Shown piece after piece: positions 27,334 through 37,779 of a stretch of 64,000 nt of DNA (its first letter is position 1; each line of letters starts with the position of its first letter). Origin of the DNA: Escherichia coli (GTDB lineage Bacteria > Pseudomonadota > Gammaproteobacteria > Enterobacterales > Enterobacteriaceae); the NCBI RefSeq assembly GCF_017348835.2, contig NZ_CP071375.1; one strand, given 5' to 3'. Below the pieces are notes generated by a model. The model ran no database searches, was not told the origin of the DNA, and worked only from the letters and a program-made list of their open reading frames with translations. Made by a program: the position numbers and the translations under genes.

Positions 27334-28326
27334 GTGCTCAAGGATTCATTTTCATCCGCCAGGGTCTTTATGGGGCTATCACTATTATTGCTTGCCCTGG
27401 TGCTGTTCGGTGCCAGTCAGGGAGCGTTAAAGATCAGTTTTGATGCCCTTTTTGATGAGGAATACCGCGATATCTGGCTCAATATTCGTCTACCACGGGT
27501 TTTGCTGGCGGTGCTGGTAGGTGCAGCGTTGGCAACCGCAGGGGTAATTATGCAGGGGCTTTTTCGTAACCCAATGGCTGACCCAGGATTACTTGGCGTC
27601 AGTAGCGGTTCTGCATTAATGGTTGGCGTTGCTATTGTGCTGCCCTTCTCCTTCCCAGTGGTTCTGGTGCTCTATGAGCAAATGGTGTTTGCCATTGCCG
27701 GAAGTTTAGTAGTCTGCACCATCATTTTTCTCATCACGCAGCGCCATCGCGATGGCAGCATGATGCAATTATTACTCGCCGGTATCGCCATCAATGCCCT
27801 GTGCGGCGCAGCGATCGGCATCCTGAGCTATATCGGCGATGAGCAGCAGCTACGACAACTCACATTGTGGATGATGGGCAATCTTGGACAGGCGCAATGG
27901 CCGACGTTATTGGTTGCCAGTTCATTCATCCTACCGGCCATTATCGCAACAACTTGTCTCGCCGGAACGCTGAATTTACTGCAGCTCGGTGATGAAGAAG
28001 CCCATTACCTCGGCGTGAACGTTAAGCGTAAACGCCAGCAATTACTGTTAGTGAGCTCACTGCTCGTTGGTGCTGCCGTATCGGTAAGCGGCATTATCGG
28101 CTTTATTGGCCTGGTGATCCCGCATCTGATTCGCATGACTACCGGAGCAAATCACCGCTGGCTAATCCCTTGTTCCGCCCTCGCCGGGGCCTGTTTATTG
28201 CTGATGGCTGACACGCTTGCCCGCACGCTGGTACAGCCAGCAGAAATGCCCGTGGGATTATTAACCAGCCTGCTTGGTGGCCCTTATTTTATGTGGTTGA
28301 TTCTGCGAAATCGGAGGATCACATGA
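27334..28326 (+). CDS. chuU: heme ABC transporter permease ChuU (FecCD family)
   Basis: A 330-aa polytopic ORF with a GTG start. Recognised as ChuU/ShuU. Confidence 0.9.
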   Translation: MLKDSFSSARVFMGLSLLLLALVLFGASQGALKISFDALFDEEYRDIWLNIRLPRVLLAVLVGAALATAGVIMQGLFRNPMADPGLLGVSSGSALMVGVAIVLPFSFPVVLVLYEQMVFAIAGSLVVCTIIFLITQRHRDGSMMQLLLAGIAINALCGAAIGILSYIGDEQQLRQLTLWMMGNLGQAQWPTLLVASSFILPAIIATTCLAGTLNLLQLGDEEAHYLGVNVKRKRQQLLLVSSLLVGAAVSVSGIIGFIGLVIPHLIRMTTGANHRWLIPCSALAGACLLLMADTLARTLVQPAEMPVGLLTSLLGGPYFMWLILRNRRIT

Positions 28327-29093
28327 TCAGCGCCCAGAATCTGGTTTATAGCCTTCAGGGGCGGCGTCTGACTGATAATGTCTCGCTGACTTTTCCCGGT
28401 GGGGAAATTGTTGCCATTCTCGGCCCTAATGGTGCGGGAAAATCTACGCTGCTTCGCCAGTTAACCGGCTATCTTCAACCTGATAGCGGCGAATGTCGGT
28501 TGTTTAATAAGCCATTAAATGAGTGGTCGATTACTGAACTGGCGAAACACCGGGCCGTGATGCGTCAAAATAGCCACATGGCGTTTCCATTCAGCGTACA
28601 AGAAGTTATCCAGATGGGTCGGCATCCGCATCGTACTGGTAATCAGGATAATGAAACAGCACAAATAATGGCGTTATGTGACTGTCAGGCGTTAGCAAAC
28701 CGCGACTATCGGCAATTATCCGGTGGTGAACAACAGCGCGTGCAATTAGCGCGCCTGCTGGTGCAACTCTGGGAACCTACTCCCTCACCGAAATGGTTAT
28801 TTCTTGATGAACCAACTTCGGCGCTGGATATTCACCATCAGCAGCACTTGTTCCGTTTATTACGCCAGTTAGTTCACGAACGGCAGTTCAATGTTTGCTG
28901 CGTATTGCACGATCTAAATCTTGCCGCGCGTTATGCAGACCGTATTGTATTAATGCAAAAAGGAAAGGTTATCGCAAATGGTAAACCGCAGGACGTATTG
29001 ACACAGCAGGCGCTGACAATGCTCTACGGCGCGGATATTACCGTACTTAAAGATCCTGCCAACCATTCACCACTGATCGTCCTCGATCATTAA
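28323..29093 (+). CDS. chuV: heme ABC transporter ATPase ChuV (HmuV)
   Basis: The ORF track starts at 28293. The ATG at 28323 overlaps the chuU stop (ATGA), giving 256 aa beginning [11 protein letters not shown]. It carries Walker [10 protein letters not shown], the signature LSGGEQQR and Walker B LFLDEP. Confidence 0.92.
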   Translation: MISAQNLVYSLQGRRLTDNVSLTFPGGEIVAILGPNGAGKSTLLRQLTGYLQPDSGECRLFNKPLNEWSITELAKHRAVMRQNSHMAFPFSVQEVIQMGRHPHRTGNQDNETAQIMALCDCQALANRDYRQLSGGEQQRVQLARLLVQLWEPTPSPKWLFLDEPTSALDIHHQQHLFRLLRQLVHERQFNVCCVLHDLNLAARYADRIVLMQKGKVIANGKPQDVLTQQALTMLYGADITVLKDPANHSPLIVLDH

Positions 29094-29099
29094 AAGCAA

Positions 29100-29124
29100 C
29101 AGGAGTACCGCACTGGTACTCCTG
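29100..29124. terminator. hairpin between convergent chuV and yhiD
   Basis: CAGGAGTACC-GCACT-GGTACTCCTG forms a 10-bp perfect stem immediately after the chuV stop. Confidence 0.6.
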
Positions 29125-29144
29125 CGAATAAATAACTATACAGA

Positions 29145-29792
29145 TTAGCTAATTGAAACGCCTTTCACCCCTGCCATACCTTTTAATAATCGCAACAGAT
29201 CTTCTATCGACGTTGTGGCATGAAGCTGGATATCAATGGCGACCACTTCATGATCTTCATTTTCCTGCAACGAAACTAAATCAGTTTTTATTTTTTGCTG
29301 CTTAAACCAGTCGAGCATTGATACCGTATTACCGTTCACTAATGTCAGCTGTAAATGGTAATTTTTGTTCATCAGGCGGAAGGTTAATTGATGGAAGACT
29401 TCCAGCACCAGCAAGGTCATCACTGAACCATAAATACCCAGTTCGTACATACCACTGCCAATAACCATACCTATGGCGGCGGTCACCCAGATATCCGCTG
29501 CCGTCGTCAAACCTACAATATTTTGGTTACGAACGAGAATGTTACCTGCACCGATAAACCCGACGCCCGTCACCACCTGAGCAGCAATACGGCTGGGGTC
29601 CAGTCCGACGTGATCTAAAGACAGTACGTCAGCAAAACCATATTTCGAAACAATCATAAACAGGGCGCTTCCCATGCCAATTAATACATGTGTGCGTAAC
29701 CCTGCTCCTTTGCCGCGCATTTGCCTTTCCATGCCAATAGCGCCACAGGCAATTGCCGCGAGTATAAGACGTATAATAAATTCTGCTGTCAT
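29145..29792 (-). CDS. yhiD: MgtC-family inner-membrane protein YhiD
   Basis: Taken from ORF 29145..29804. The ATG at 29792 gives 215 aa beginning MTAEFIIRLILAAIACGAIGMERQ. Recognised as YhiD. Confidence 0.92.
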   Translation of the reverse strand: MTAEFIIRLILAAIACGAIGMERQMRGKGAGLRTHVLIGMGSALFMIVSKYGFADVLSLDHVGLDPSRIAAQVVTGVGFIGAGNILVRNQNIVGLTTAADIWVTAAIGMVIGSGMYELGIYGSVMTLLVLEVFHQLTFRLMNKNYHLQLTLVNGNTVSMLDWFKQQKIKTDLVSLQENEDHEVVAIDIQLHATTSIEDLLRLLKGMAGVKGVSIS

Positions 29793-29855
29793 ATAAAAAT
29801 GCAAAAAGGAGCAGCAAGATGGCTCAACTTGCTACTCCTTTTTACTTGTACCTCA

Positions 29856-30182
29856 TTAATTCGGCAAGTCATTAGATGCTTGATTTTTGAAGGTATACAA
29901 ATTTTTCTGCGGGTTTTTCTTGCAGTATTCGATCACTTTAGGAATTTGAGTGAGATCGGTTTCATTTAAAGTAACGGTATCGCCACCTTTATATACTGTT
30001 TCTTCATGCAGCATCCACCATGCAACCGGGGTCATTGCTTTTGGATTCAGATCAATAAATTCCTGGCAGGTCATATCTTTAGCGGATTCATTGGCTGCCA
30101 GCGCAGATTGTGCGTTCACCAGTGACAAAGCCGCTACAGCGCCCATAAAAATAAACGCTTTACGGAGAGATGAAATATTCAT
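29856..30182 (-). CDS. hdeB: periplasmic acid-stress chaperone HdeB
   Basis: Taken from ORF 29856..30194. The ATG at 30182 gives 108 aa beginning MNISSLRKAFIFMGAVAALSLVNAQSALA. Recognised as HdeB. Confidence 0.95.
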   Translation of the reverse strand: MNISSLRKAFIFMGAVAALSLVNAQSALAANESAKDMTCQEFIDLNPKAMTPVAWWMLHEETVYKGGDTVTLNETDLTQIPKVIEYCKKNPQKNLYTFKNQASNDLPN

Positions 30183-30297
30183 TTTGTAACCCATTCAATA
30201 TAGAGATTATATATGAACAGGAGGAATAGCTGCTTTTAAAGAAGATATTCCGGCCTGTTCAATATGCAAGGAAGTACGATGTAACGCATTCCCGGAA

Positions 30298-30630
30298 TTA
30301 CATATCTTTCTTAATTTTGTCCCATTCGCCTTTAACTTTATCTTTAAAGTTGGCTTGTTTATCCTGAGTACAAGCCTGAACGATAGCTGGGGTTACGGTT
30401 GCAATACCCTGAACATCTAAAACCGCATCTTCTGGTTTATCTTTGTTGTTCAGCGCTTCAGCAAAACCAACTGCAGTTGGCTGGAAGGATTCGTCCACAG
30501 CCAGGAAATCTTCACAGGTCCAGGAGTTGACCGGTTTTTTGTTATCAGCTGCTTTTTGCGCATCCGCTGCATTGCTCACAACTGGCAGAAGAAGCAGACC
30601 ACCAAGAATAACGCCTAATACTTTTTTCAT
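30298..30630 (-). CDS. hdeA: periplasmic acid-stress chaperone HdeA
   Basis: A 110-aa ORF, MKKVLGVILGGLLLLPVVSNAADAQKAADNKKPVNSWTCEDF..., recognised as HdeA. Confidence 0.97.
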   Translation of the reverse strand: MKKVLGVILGGLLLLPVVSNAADAQKAADNKKPVNSWTCEDFLAVDESFQPTAVGFAEALNNKDKPEDAVLDVQGIATVTPAIVQACTQDKQANFKDKVKGEWDKIKKDM

Positions 30631-30788
30631 CGTAATATCCTCAACTATAAAGTGAAAGAGCCGTCACGAATCAATTTCGACACTGAGGTTATAACCTGGT
30701 TTTCTGTATATGTCATGTTGATGGAAAATATCAAAATCAGATATTTTTATTTCAATACAATGAGTTACAGATGCATCAGATACTGCAA

Positions 30789-30808
30789 TTAGGAAATTTT
30801 TATTAAAT
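30789..30808. promoter_or_regulatory. possible GadE-binding (GAD box-like) site in the hdeAB / hdeD divergent region
   Basis: TTAGGAAATTTTTATTAAAT matches the GAD box TTAGGATTTTGTTATTTAAA at about 15 of 20 positions. The background is AT-rich, so a chance match is possible. Confidence 0.4.
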
Positions 30809-30884
30809 CGACTGCATTCTTAGACGCGTTTTTGGCATAGATTGATAGCAGGGGATTTTCTTCTTAATTTTATAGGGTGGTTCT

Positions 30885-31457
30885 ATGTTATATATAGATA
30901 AGGCAACAATTTTGAAGTTTGATCTGGAGATGCTGAAAAAGCATCGCAGAGCAATCCAGTTTATTGCCGTGCTGCTGTTTATCGTCGGGTTGCTGTGTAT
31001 CAGTTTCCCGTTCGTCTCTGGCGATATTTTAAGCACAGTAGTGGGTGCATTATTAATCTGCTCGGGTATTGCGCTTATTGTCGGGTTATTCAGCAACCGC
31101 AGTCATAATTTCTGGCCGGTATTATCTGGTTTCCTCGTCGCAGTCGCCTATTTATTGATCGGCTATTTCTTCATCCGCGCACCGGAGCTGGGCATTTTTG
31201 CCATTGCGGCATTTATTGCCGGTTTGTTCTGTGTTGCAGGGGTTATTCGCCTGATGAGTTGGTATCGTCAGCGTTCAATGAAAGGCAGCTGGCTACAGCT
31301 CGTTATTGGTGTGCTGGATATCGTCATTGCCTGGATATTCCTTGGTGCAACGCCGATGGTATCTGTAACGCTGGTTTCCACACTGGTGGGAATTGAACTG
31401 ATATTTAGCGCCGCCAGCCTGTTCAGCTTCGCCAGTTTGTTCGTTAAGCAGCAATAA
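30885..31457 (+). CDS. hdeD: acid-resistance membrane protein HdeD
   Basis: A 190-aa polytopic ORF, MLYIDKATILKFDLEMLKKHRRAIQFIAVLLFIVG..., recognised as HdeD. Confidence 0.95.
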   Translation: MLYIDKATILKFDLEMLKKHRRAIQFIAVLLFIVGLLCISFPFVSGDILSTVVGALLICSGIALIVGLFSNRSHNFWPVLSGFLVAVAYLLIGYFFIRAPELGIFAIAAFIAGLFCVAGVIRLMSWYRQRSMKGSWLQLVIGVLDIVIAWIFLGATPMVSVTLVSTLVGIELIFSAASLFSFASLFVKQQ

Positions 31458-31475
31458 TTATCCCGGTTGTCACCC

Positions 31476-31506
31476 GGATCATAGTCACTTGATGTGACTA
31501 TGATCC
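31476..31506 (+). terminator. hairpin after hdeD (no clear U tract)
   Basis: GGATCATAGTCAC-TTGAT-GTGACTATGATCC forms a 13-bp perfect stem 19 nt after the hdeD stop. Confidence 0.5.
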
Positions 31507-31872
31507 GATTAATACTCTCTCCGCTACGCAGTGTTGTAGATCAATTGCGCACTATCATTGAAATAATTACCTGCTAGTGATTATTTCAACCTACTGAATT
31601 TCATCTAATTTTTTTCACTCCATGGCAAATTAGCCATTTCAAACATTATCATGGCTGATATTTTCCGTAGTCAGGTTTAATGTTTTAAAAGTGCTGTGGG
31701 AAAGTGAACAAAGAGTTCCGTAAGCGTTGATGCTATGGGCGGTTAAATAAGTAATCCGGGTTCATTTTTTTGCAACTGGCGTTGATTACATTGCATAAAT
31801 ATCCGTGTCTCCAGACGCTATATAAAAACCTGAAGACATGAATGCGTTATTTACTCAGGTAATTTCAATGCG

Positions 31873-31942
31873 TTAAAAGAAAGCTGGCAATCCAATTGCC
31901 AGCTTAAGTCGAAACAAGGAGACTCGATATTTAAATCGGATT
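31873..31942 (-). ncRNA. arrS: probable ArrS antisense sRNA within the gadE upstream/leader region
   Basis: A minus-strand intrinsic terminator is present: AAGCTGGCAAT-TGG-ATTGCCAGCTT followed by TCTTTTAA (plus-strand coordinates 31873-31905). This lies about 310-380 nt upstream of the gadE ATG, where I recall arrS in K-12. The 5' end is estimated. Confidence 0.5.
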
Positions 31943-32255
31943 ACATTTTAACTTTAGTAATATTCTTCAGAGATCACAAACTGGTTATTGATAACTTATT
32001 CTTGGGCAGTAATCCGCAAACGTTAACTTTTTGTTTACTATTTACAATCTGATAACAACCAGGAATATTACTTAGGATCAATATATGGAGTGCGTGATGG
32101 ATAAATCTGAAGTATTGATTAGTGTTAATAGACGTATTAGTTCACGAAGGGCAAAGTTCTTATAGGCGTTTACTATATTGAACAACGATTCGGACAAGGA
32201 TGTAAATAATGAAAAGGATGACATGTTCGAAACGATAACGGCTAAGGAGCAAGTT

Positions 32256-32783
32256 ATGATTTTTCTCATGACGAAAGATTCTTTTCTTTTACAGGGCTTT
32301 TGGCAGTTGAAAGATAATCACGAAATGATAAAAATCAATTCCCTGTCAGAGATCAAAAAAGTAGGCAATAAACCCTTCAAGGTTATCATTGATACCTATC
32401 ACAATCATATCCTTGATGAAGAAGCGATTAAATTTCTGGAGAAATTAGATGCCGAGAGAATTATTGTTTTGGCACCTTATCACATCAGTAAACTAAAAGC
32501 TAAAGCGCCTATTTATTTTGTTAGCCGCAAAGAAAGTATCAAAAATCTTCTTGAGATTACTTATGGTAAACACTTGCCCCATAAGAATTCACAATTATGT
32601 TTTTCACATAATCAGTTCAAAATTATGCAACTGATTCTGAAAAATAAAAATGAAAGCAATATCACGTCGACGCTCAATATTTCGCAACAAACATTAAAGA
32701 TTCAGAAATTCAACATTATGTACAAGCTGAAACTAAGACGTATGAGCGACATCGTCACCCTGGGTATCACATCTTATTTTTAG
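32256..32783 (+). CDS. gadE: LuxR-family acid-resistance master activator GadE
   Basis: The ORF track starts at 32178. The ATG at 32256 gives 175 aa beginning MIFLMTKDSFLLQGFWQLKDNHEMIKINSL. Recognised as GadE (YhiE). Confidence 0.95.
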   Translation: MIFLMTKDSFLLQGFWQLKDNHEMIKINSLSEIKKVGNKPFKVIIDTYHNHILDEEAIKFLEKLDAERIIVLAPYHISKLKAKAPIYFVSRKESIKNLLEITYGKHLPHKNSQLCFSHNQFKIMQLILKNKNESNITSTLNISQQTLKIQKFNIMYKLKLRRMSDIVTLGITSYF

Positions 32784-33121
32784 TCAGGACATAAGCAACT
32801 GAAATTGATGGCTGGCATGACGAGGGATGCAGATGCTGATTTCATTACCCCCGGTGATTACTAAAGGAGAGGCTAAAACGACTTTATTCCCCTGGTATGT
32901 GTATCCACCAGTAGAACCCTTCGTTGCCCGAATGCTGGCAGGAACTGTTGGCAGAACGGCAACATTTTTTTTGTCGTTGACCTCACCATGTCGATCACTA
33001 TGCCTGTATCCCACCTTACTGGCTGACAACCCCACTATGCCGCTGGTCTGTAAATCCCTCATATCTCTCCTCGCGCGCAATTTAAAGAACCGTTATTTCT
33101 CAAGAATTTTCAGGGACTAAA

Positions 33122-34279
33122 ATGAACAGAAGAAGAAAGCTGTTAATACCGTTGTTATTCTGCGGCGCGATGCTCACCGCCTGCGATGACAAATCGGCGG
33201 AAAACGCCGCCGCCATGACGCCTGAGGTCGGTGTCGTCACACTCTCCCCTGGCTCGGTCAATGTGTTGAGCGAATTGCCCGGTAGAACCGTTCCTTATGA
33301 AGTTGCCGAGATACGTCCCCAGGTGGGCGGTATTATCATTAAACGCAACTTTATCGAAGGCGATAAAGTGAACCAGGGCGATTCGCTGTATCAGATTGAT
33401 CCTGCACCTTTACAGGCCGAGCTAAACTCCGCCAAAGGCTCGCTGGCGAAAGCACTCTCTACCGCCAGCAATGCCCGCATCACCTTTAACCGCCAGGCAT
33501 CGTTGCTGAAGACCAACTACGTTAGCCGTCAGGATTACGACACCGCGCGCACCCAGTTGAATGAAGCAGAAGCCAATGTCACCGTCGCCAAAGCGGCTGT
33601 TGAACAGGCGACGATCAATCTGCAATACGCGAATGTCACCTCGCCGATTACGGGCGTCAGCGGGAAATCGTCGGTGACCGTCGGCGCACTCGTTACCGCT
33701 AATCAGGCAGATTCGCTGGTTACCATACAACGTCTGGACCCGATTTATGTCGATCTCACGCAGTCGGTGCAAGATTTCTTACGCATGAAAGAAGAGGTCG
33801 CCAGTGGGCAAATCAAACAGGTTCAGGGCAGTACGCCAGTACAGCTCAATCTGGAAAATGGTAAACGTTACAGCCAGACCGGCACGCTGAAATTCTCCGA
33901 CCCGACGGTTGATGAAACCACGGGCTCCGTGACGTTACGGGCGATTTTCCCCAACCCAAATGGTGACTTGCTGCCTGGCATGTATGTCACGGCATTAGTG
34001 GATGAAGGTAGCCGCCAGAATGTATTACTGGTGCCGCAGGAAGGCGTCACCCACAACGCCCAGGGTAAAGCAACGGCGCTCATTCTGGATAAAGACGATG
34101 TCGTGCAGCTACGCGAAATTGAAGCCAGCAAAGCCATCGGCGACCAGTGGGTCGTCACCTCTGGCTTGCAGGCTGGCGATCGGGTGATCGTTTCCGGTTT
34201 GCAACGCATTCGTCCGGGTATCAAAGCACTAGCAATTTCCTCCAGCCAGGAAAACGCCAGCACCGAATCGAAACAATAA
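33122..34279 (+). CDS. mdtE: RND efflux periplasmic adaptor (membrane fusion lipoprotein) MdtE
   Basis: A 385-aa ORF with lipobox LTAC. Recognised as MdtE/YhiU. Confidence 0.95.
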   Translation: MNRRRKLLIPLLFCGAMLTACDDKSAENAAAMTPEVGVVTLSPGSVNVLSELPGRTVPYEVAEIRPQVGGIIIKRNFIEGDKVNQGDSLYQIDPAPLQAELNSAKGSLAKALSTASNARITFNRQASLLKTNYVSRQDYDTARTQLNEAEANVTVAKAAVEQATINLQYANVTSPITGVSGKSSVTVGALVTANQADSLVTIQRLDPIYVDLTQSVQDFLRMKEEVASGQIKQVQGSTPVQLNLENGKRYSQTGTLKFSDPTVDETTGSVTLRAIFPNPNGDLLPGMYVTALVDEGSRQNVLLVPQEGVTHNAQGKATALILDKDDVVQLREIEASKAIGDQWVVTSGLQAGDRVIVSGLQRIRPGIKALAISSSQENASTESKQ

Positions 34280-34303
34280 CGTTGCAGGCTTAAGGGGACT
34301 TTC

Positions 34304-37300
34304 ATGGCTAACTATTTTATTGATCGCCCGGTTTTTGCCTGGGTACTTGCCATTATTATGATGCTTGCAGGTGGTCTGGCGATCATGAACTTACCGGTTG
34401 CGCAGTATCCGCAGATTGCGCCACCGACCATTACCGTCAGCGCTACCTATCCGGGTGCCGATGCGCAAACGGTAGAAGACTCGGTCACTCAGGTGATTGA
34501 GCAAAATATGAATGGGCTTGATGGCCTGATGTACATGTCTTCAACCAGTGATGCGGCGGGTAATGCCTCTATCACTCTGACCTTCGAGACTGGGACATCT
34601 CCTGATATCGCACAGGTTCAGGTGCAAAATAAACTGCAACTCGCTATGCCTTCATTACCTGAAGCAGTGCAGCAGCAGGGGATTAGCGTCGATAAATCGA
34701 GCAGTAATATCCTGATGGTAGCGGCGTTTATTTCTGATAACGGCAGCCTAAACCAGTACGATATCGCGGACTATGTAGCGTCTAATATCAAAGACCCGCT
34801 AAGCCGTACCGCGGGCGTTGGTAGCGTACAGCTCTTTGGTTCCGAGTACGCCATGCGTATCTGGCTGGACCCGCAAAAACTCAATAAATATAACCTTGTA
34901 CCTTCCGATGTTATTTCCCAGATTAAGGTGCAAAACAACCAGATTTCCGGTGGTCAACTGGGTGGCATGCCACAGGCGGCAGACCAGCAGCTAAACGCCT
35001 CGATCATTGTGCAGACGCGTCTGCAAACGCCGGAAGAATTTGGCAAAATCCTGTTGAAAGTTCAGCAAGATGGTTCGCAAGTGCTGCTGCGTGATGTCGC
35101 CCGCGTCGAACTTGGGGCGGAAGATTATTCCACCGTGGCGCGCTATAACGGCAAACCTGCTGCCGGGATCGCCATCAAACTGGCTGCCGGAGCAAACGCC
35201 CTGGATACCTCGCGGGCAGTCAAAGAGGAACTGAACCGCTTATCAGCCTATTTCCCGGCAAGTCTGAAGACGGTTTATCCTTACGACACCACGCCGTTTA
35301 TCGAAATTTCTATTCAGGAAGTTTTCAAAACACTGGTTGAGGCTATCATCCTCGTCTTCCTGGTCATGTATCTGTTTTTGCAGAATTTCCGTGCCACAAT
35401 CATCCCGACGATTGCCGTACCGGTGGTTATTCTCGGGACGTTTGCGATCTTGTCGGCGGTCGGTTTCACCATCAACACGTTAACTATGTTCGGGATGGTG
35501 CTGGCGATAGGGTTACTGGTGGATGACGCCATCGTAGTGGTGGAGAACGTCGAGCGTGTCATTGCGGAAGATAAGCTACCGCCGAAGGAAGCGACGCATA
35601 AATCGATGGGGCAGATCCAACGTGCGCTGGTCGGTATTGCCGTTGTTCTTTCCGCAGTGTTTATGCCGATGGCCTTTATGAGCGGTGCAACCGGGGAGAT
35701 CTACCGCCAGTTCTCCATCACGCTGATCTCCTCCATGCTGCTTTCAGTATTTGTGGCAATGAGCCTGACCCCTGCCCTGTGCGCCACCATTCTGAAAGCC
35801 GCGCCGGAAGGCGGTCACAAACCTAACGCCCTGTTCGCACGCTTCAACACGCTGTTTGAAAAATCAACTCAGCACTATACCGATAGCACCCGCTCGCTGT
35901 TGCGTTGTACCGGTCGCTACATGGTGGTCTACCTGCTGATTTGCGCCGGGATGGCGGTGCTGTTCCTGCGCACGCCGACCTCTTTCTTACCAGAAGAGGA
36001 TCAGGGGGTATTTATGACCACCGCGCAGTTACCTTCCGGTGCCACCATGGTTAACACCACGAAAGTGCTGCAACAGGTGACGGATTATTATCTTACAAAA
36101 GAGAAAGATAATGTTCAGTCGGTGTTTACCGTTGGCGGCTTTGGCTTCAGCGGCCAGGGGCAAAACAACGGTCTGGCGTTTATCAGTCTCAAGCCGTGGT
36201 CTGAACGTGTCGGTGAGGAAAACTCGGTTACCGCGATCATTCAGCGGGCAATGATTGCGCTAAGCAGTATCAATAAAGCCGTCGTCTTCCCGTTCAACTT
36301 ACCCGCGGTGGCTGAACTGGGTACCGCGTCAGGTTTTGATATGGAACTGCTGGACAACGGTAACCTGGGGCACGAAAAACTAACCCAGGCACGAAACGAG
36401 CTGTTATCACTAGCAGCGCAATCACCGAATCAGGTCACCGGGGTACGCCCGAACGGCCTGGAAGATACGCCGATGTTCAAAGTGAACGTCAACGCCGCGA
36501 AAGCTGAGGCAATGGGTGTGGCGCTGTCTGATATCAACCAGACAATTTCCACCGCCTTCGGCAGCAGCTACGTGAACGACTTCCTCAACCAGGGGCGGGT
36601 GAAAAAAGTGTATGTCCAGGCAGGCACGCCGTTCCGTATGTTGCCGGATAACATCAATCAATGGTATGTACGCAACGCCTCTGGCACGATGGCACCGCTT
36701 TCTGCCTACTCGTCTACCGAATGGACCTATGGTTCACCGCGACTGGAACGCTACAACGGCATCCCGTCAATGGAGATTTTAGGTGAAGCGGCGGCCGGGA
36801 AAAGTACCGGTGACGCAATGAAATTTATGGCAGACCTGGTCGCTAAACTTCCGGCAGGCGTCGGCTACTCATGGACCGGACTGTCGTATCAGGAAGCGTT
36901 ATCCTCAAATCAGGCTCCTGCGCTGTATGCGATTTCACTGGTCGTGGTGTTCCTCGCCCTCGCCGCACTTTATGAGAGCTGGTCAATTCCATTCTCGGTG
37001 ATGTTGGTTGTTCCGTTAGGCGTCGTTGGCGCATTACTGGCCACCGATCTGCGCGGCTTAAGTAATGACGTCTACTTCCAGGTTGGTTTGCTGACCACCA
37101 TCGGGCTTTCCGCCAAAAACGCCATCCTGATTGTCGAATTTGCCGTTGAGATGATGCAGAAAGAAGGGAAAACGCCGATAGAGGCAATCATCGAAGCGGC
37201 GCGGATGCGTTTACGCCCAATCCTGATGACCTCTCTGGCCTTTATTCTCGGCGTGCTGCCGCTGGTTATCAGTCATGGTGCCGGTTCTGGCGCGCAAAAC

Positions 37301-37417
37301 GCGGTAGGTACCGGCGTGATGGGCGGGATGTTTGCCGCAACAGTGCTGGCAATTTACTTTGTTCCGGTCTTTTTCGTTGTAGTGGAACATCTCTTTACCC
37401 GCTTTAAAAAAGCGTAA
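34304..37417 (+). CDS. mdtF: RND multidrug efflux transporter MdtF
   Basis: A 1037-aa [30 protein letters not shown]..., an AcrB paralogue recognised as MdtF/YhiV. Confidence 0.96.
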   Translation: MANYFIDRPVFAWVLAIIMMLAGGLAIMNLPVAQYPQIAPPTITVSATYPGADAQTVEDSVTQVIEQNMNGLDGLMYMSSTSDAAGNASITLTFETGTSPDIAQVQVQNKLQLAMPSLPEAVQQQGISVDKSSSNILMVAAFISDNGSLNQYDIADYVASNIKDPLSRTAGVGSVQLFGSEYAMRIWLDPQKLNKYNLVPSDVISQIKVQNNQISGGQLGGMPQAADQQLNASIIVQTRLQTPEEFGKILLKVQQDGSQVLLRDVARVELGAEDYSTVARYNGKPAAGIAIKLAAGANALDTSRAVKEELNRLSAYFPASLKTVYPYDTTPFIEISIQEVFKTLVEAIILVFLVMYLFLQNFRATIIPTIAVPVVILGTFAILSAVGFTINTLTMFGMVLAIGLLVDDAIVVVENVERVIAEDKLPPKEATHKSMGQIQRALVGIAVVLSAVFMPMAFMSGATGEIYRQFSITLISSMLLSVFVAMSLTPALCATILKAAPEGGHKPNALFARFNTLFEKSTQHYTDSTRSLLRCTGRYMVVYLLICAGMAVLFLRTPTSFLPEEDQGVFMTTAQLPSGATMVNTTKVLQQVTDYYLTKEKDNVQSVFTVGGFGFSGQGQNNGLAFISLKPWSERVGEENSVTAIIQRAMIALSSINKAVVFPFNLPAVAELGTASGFDMELLDNGNLGHEKLTQARNELLSLAAQSPNQVTGVRPNGLEDTPMFKVNVNAAKAEAMGVALSDINQTISTAFGSSYVNDFLNQGRVKKVYVQAGTPFRMLPDNINQWYVRNASGTMAPLSAYSSTEWTYGSPRLERYNGIPSMEILGEAAAGKSTGDAMKFMADLVAKLPAGVGYSWTGLSYQEALSSNQAPALYAISLVVVFLALAALYESWSIPFSVMLVVPLGVVGALLATDLRGLSNDVYFQVGLLTTIGLSAKNAILIVEFAVEMMQKEGKTPIEAIIEAARMRLRPILMTSLAFILGVLPLVISHGAGSGAQNAVGTGVMGGMFAATVLAIYFVPVFFVVVEHLFTRFKKA

Positions 37418-37427
37418 CGTGTAAATG

Positions 37428-37466
37428 AGAGTAAGGTTGAACGTGAAGGTTCAGCCTTACTCTTTC
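37428..37466 (+). terminator. rho-independent terminator after mdtF
   Basis: AGAGTAAGGTTGAAC-GTGAAG-GTTCAGCCTTACTCT forms a 15-bp stem (one G-U pair), followed by TTCC. Confidence 0.7.
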
Positions 37467-37779
37467 CTGCTAACCATTCACCACTCAACAACCAGCTAAC
37501 CGTCAGGAATACCAGGCTTAGTACACAGCACTGAAAGTAGAAACCACTCCAGCCATTCGTCATCAATTTGAACAACACAATACTGACCCACATTCCCGTA
37601 ATCGTATGAATTGTCAGCTTAATAATCCCAAACATGCCGAGTCTTTTCCTCCTGAAAATACCTATACCGCCTGGCAAACTGCGAAAGAGAACTAGCCGGT
37701 AGCCCGGCAGAAATCATCAGGGAAGAGTTTCACATGAAGCAGGTGTGAGATCCTGACCAATATTCAAATGCAAAATATG

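Noticed and set aside
32784-33120. Overlapping 97-98-codon ORFs on both strands in the gadE-mdtE intergenic region.
   Set aside because: They are mutually exclusive chance frames with no SD and no recognisable motifs. The region is expected to be the gadE 3' UTR and mdtE leader of the gadE-mdtEF transcript.
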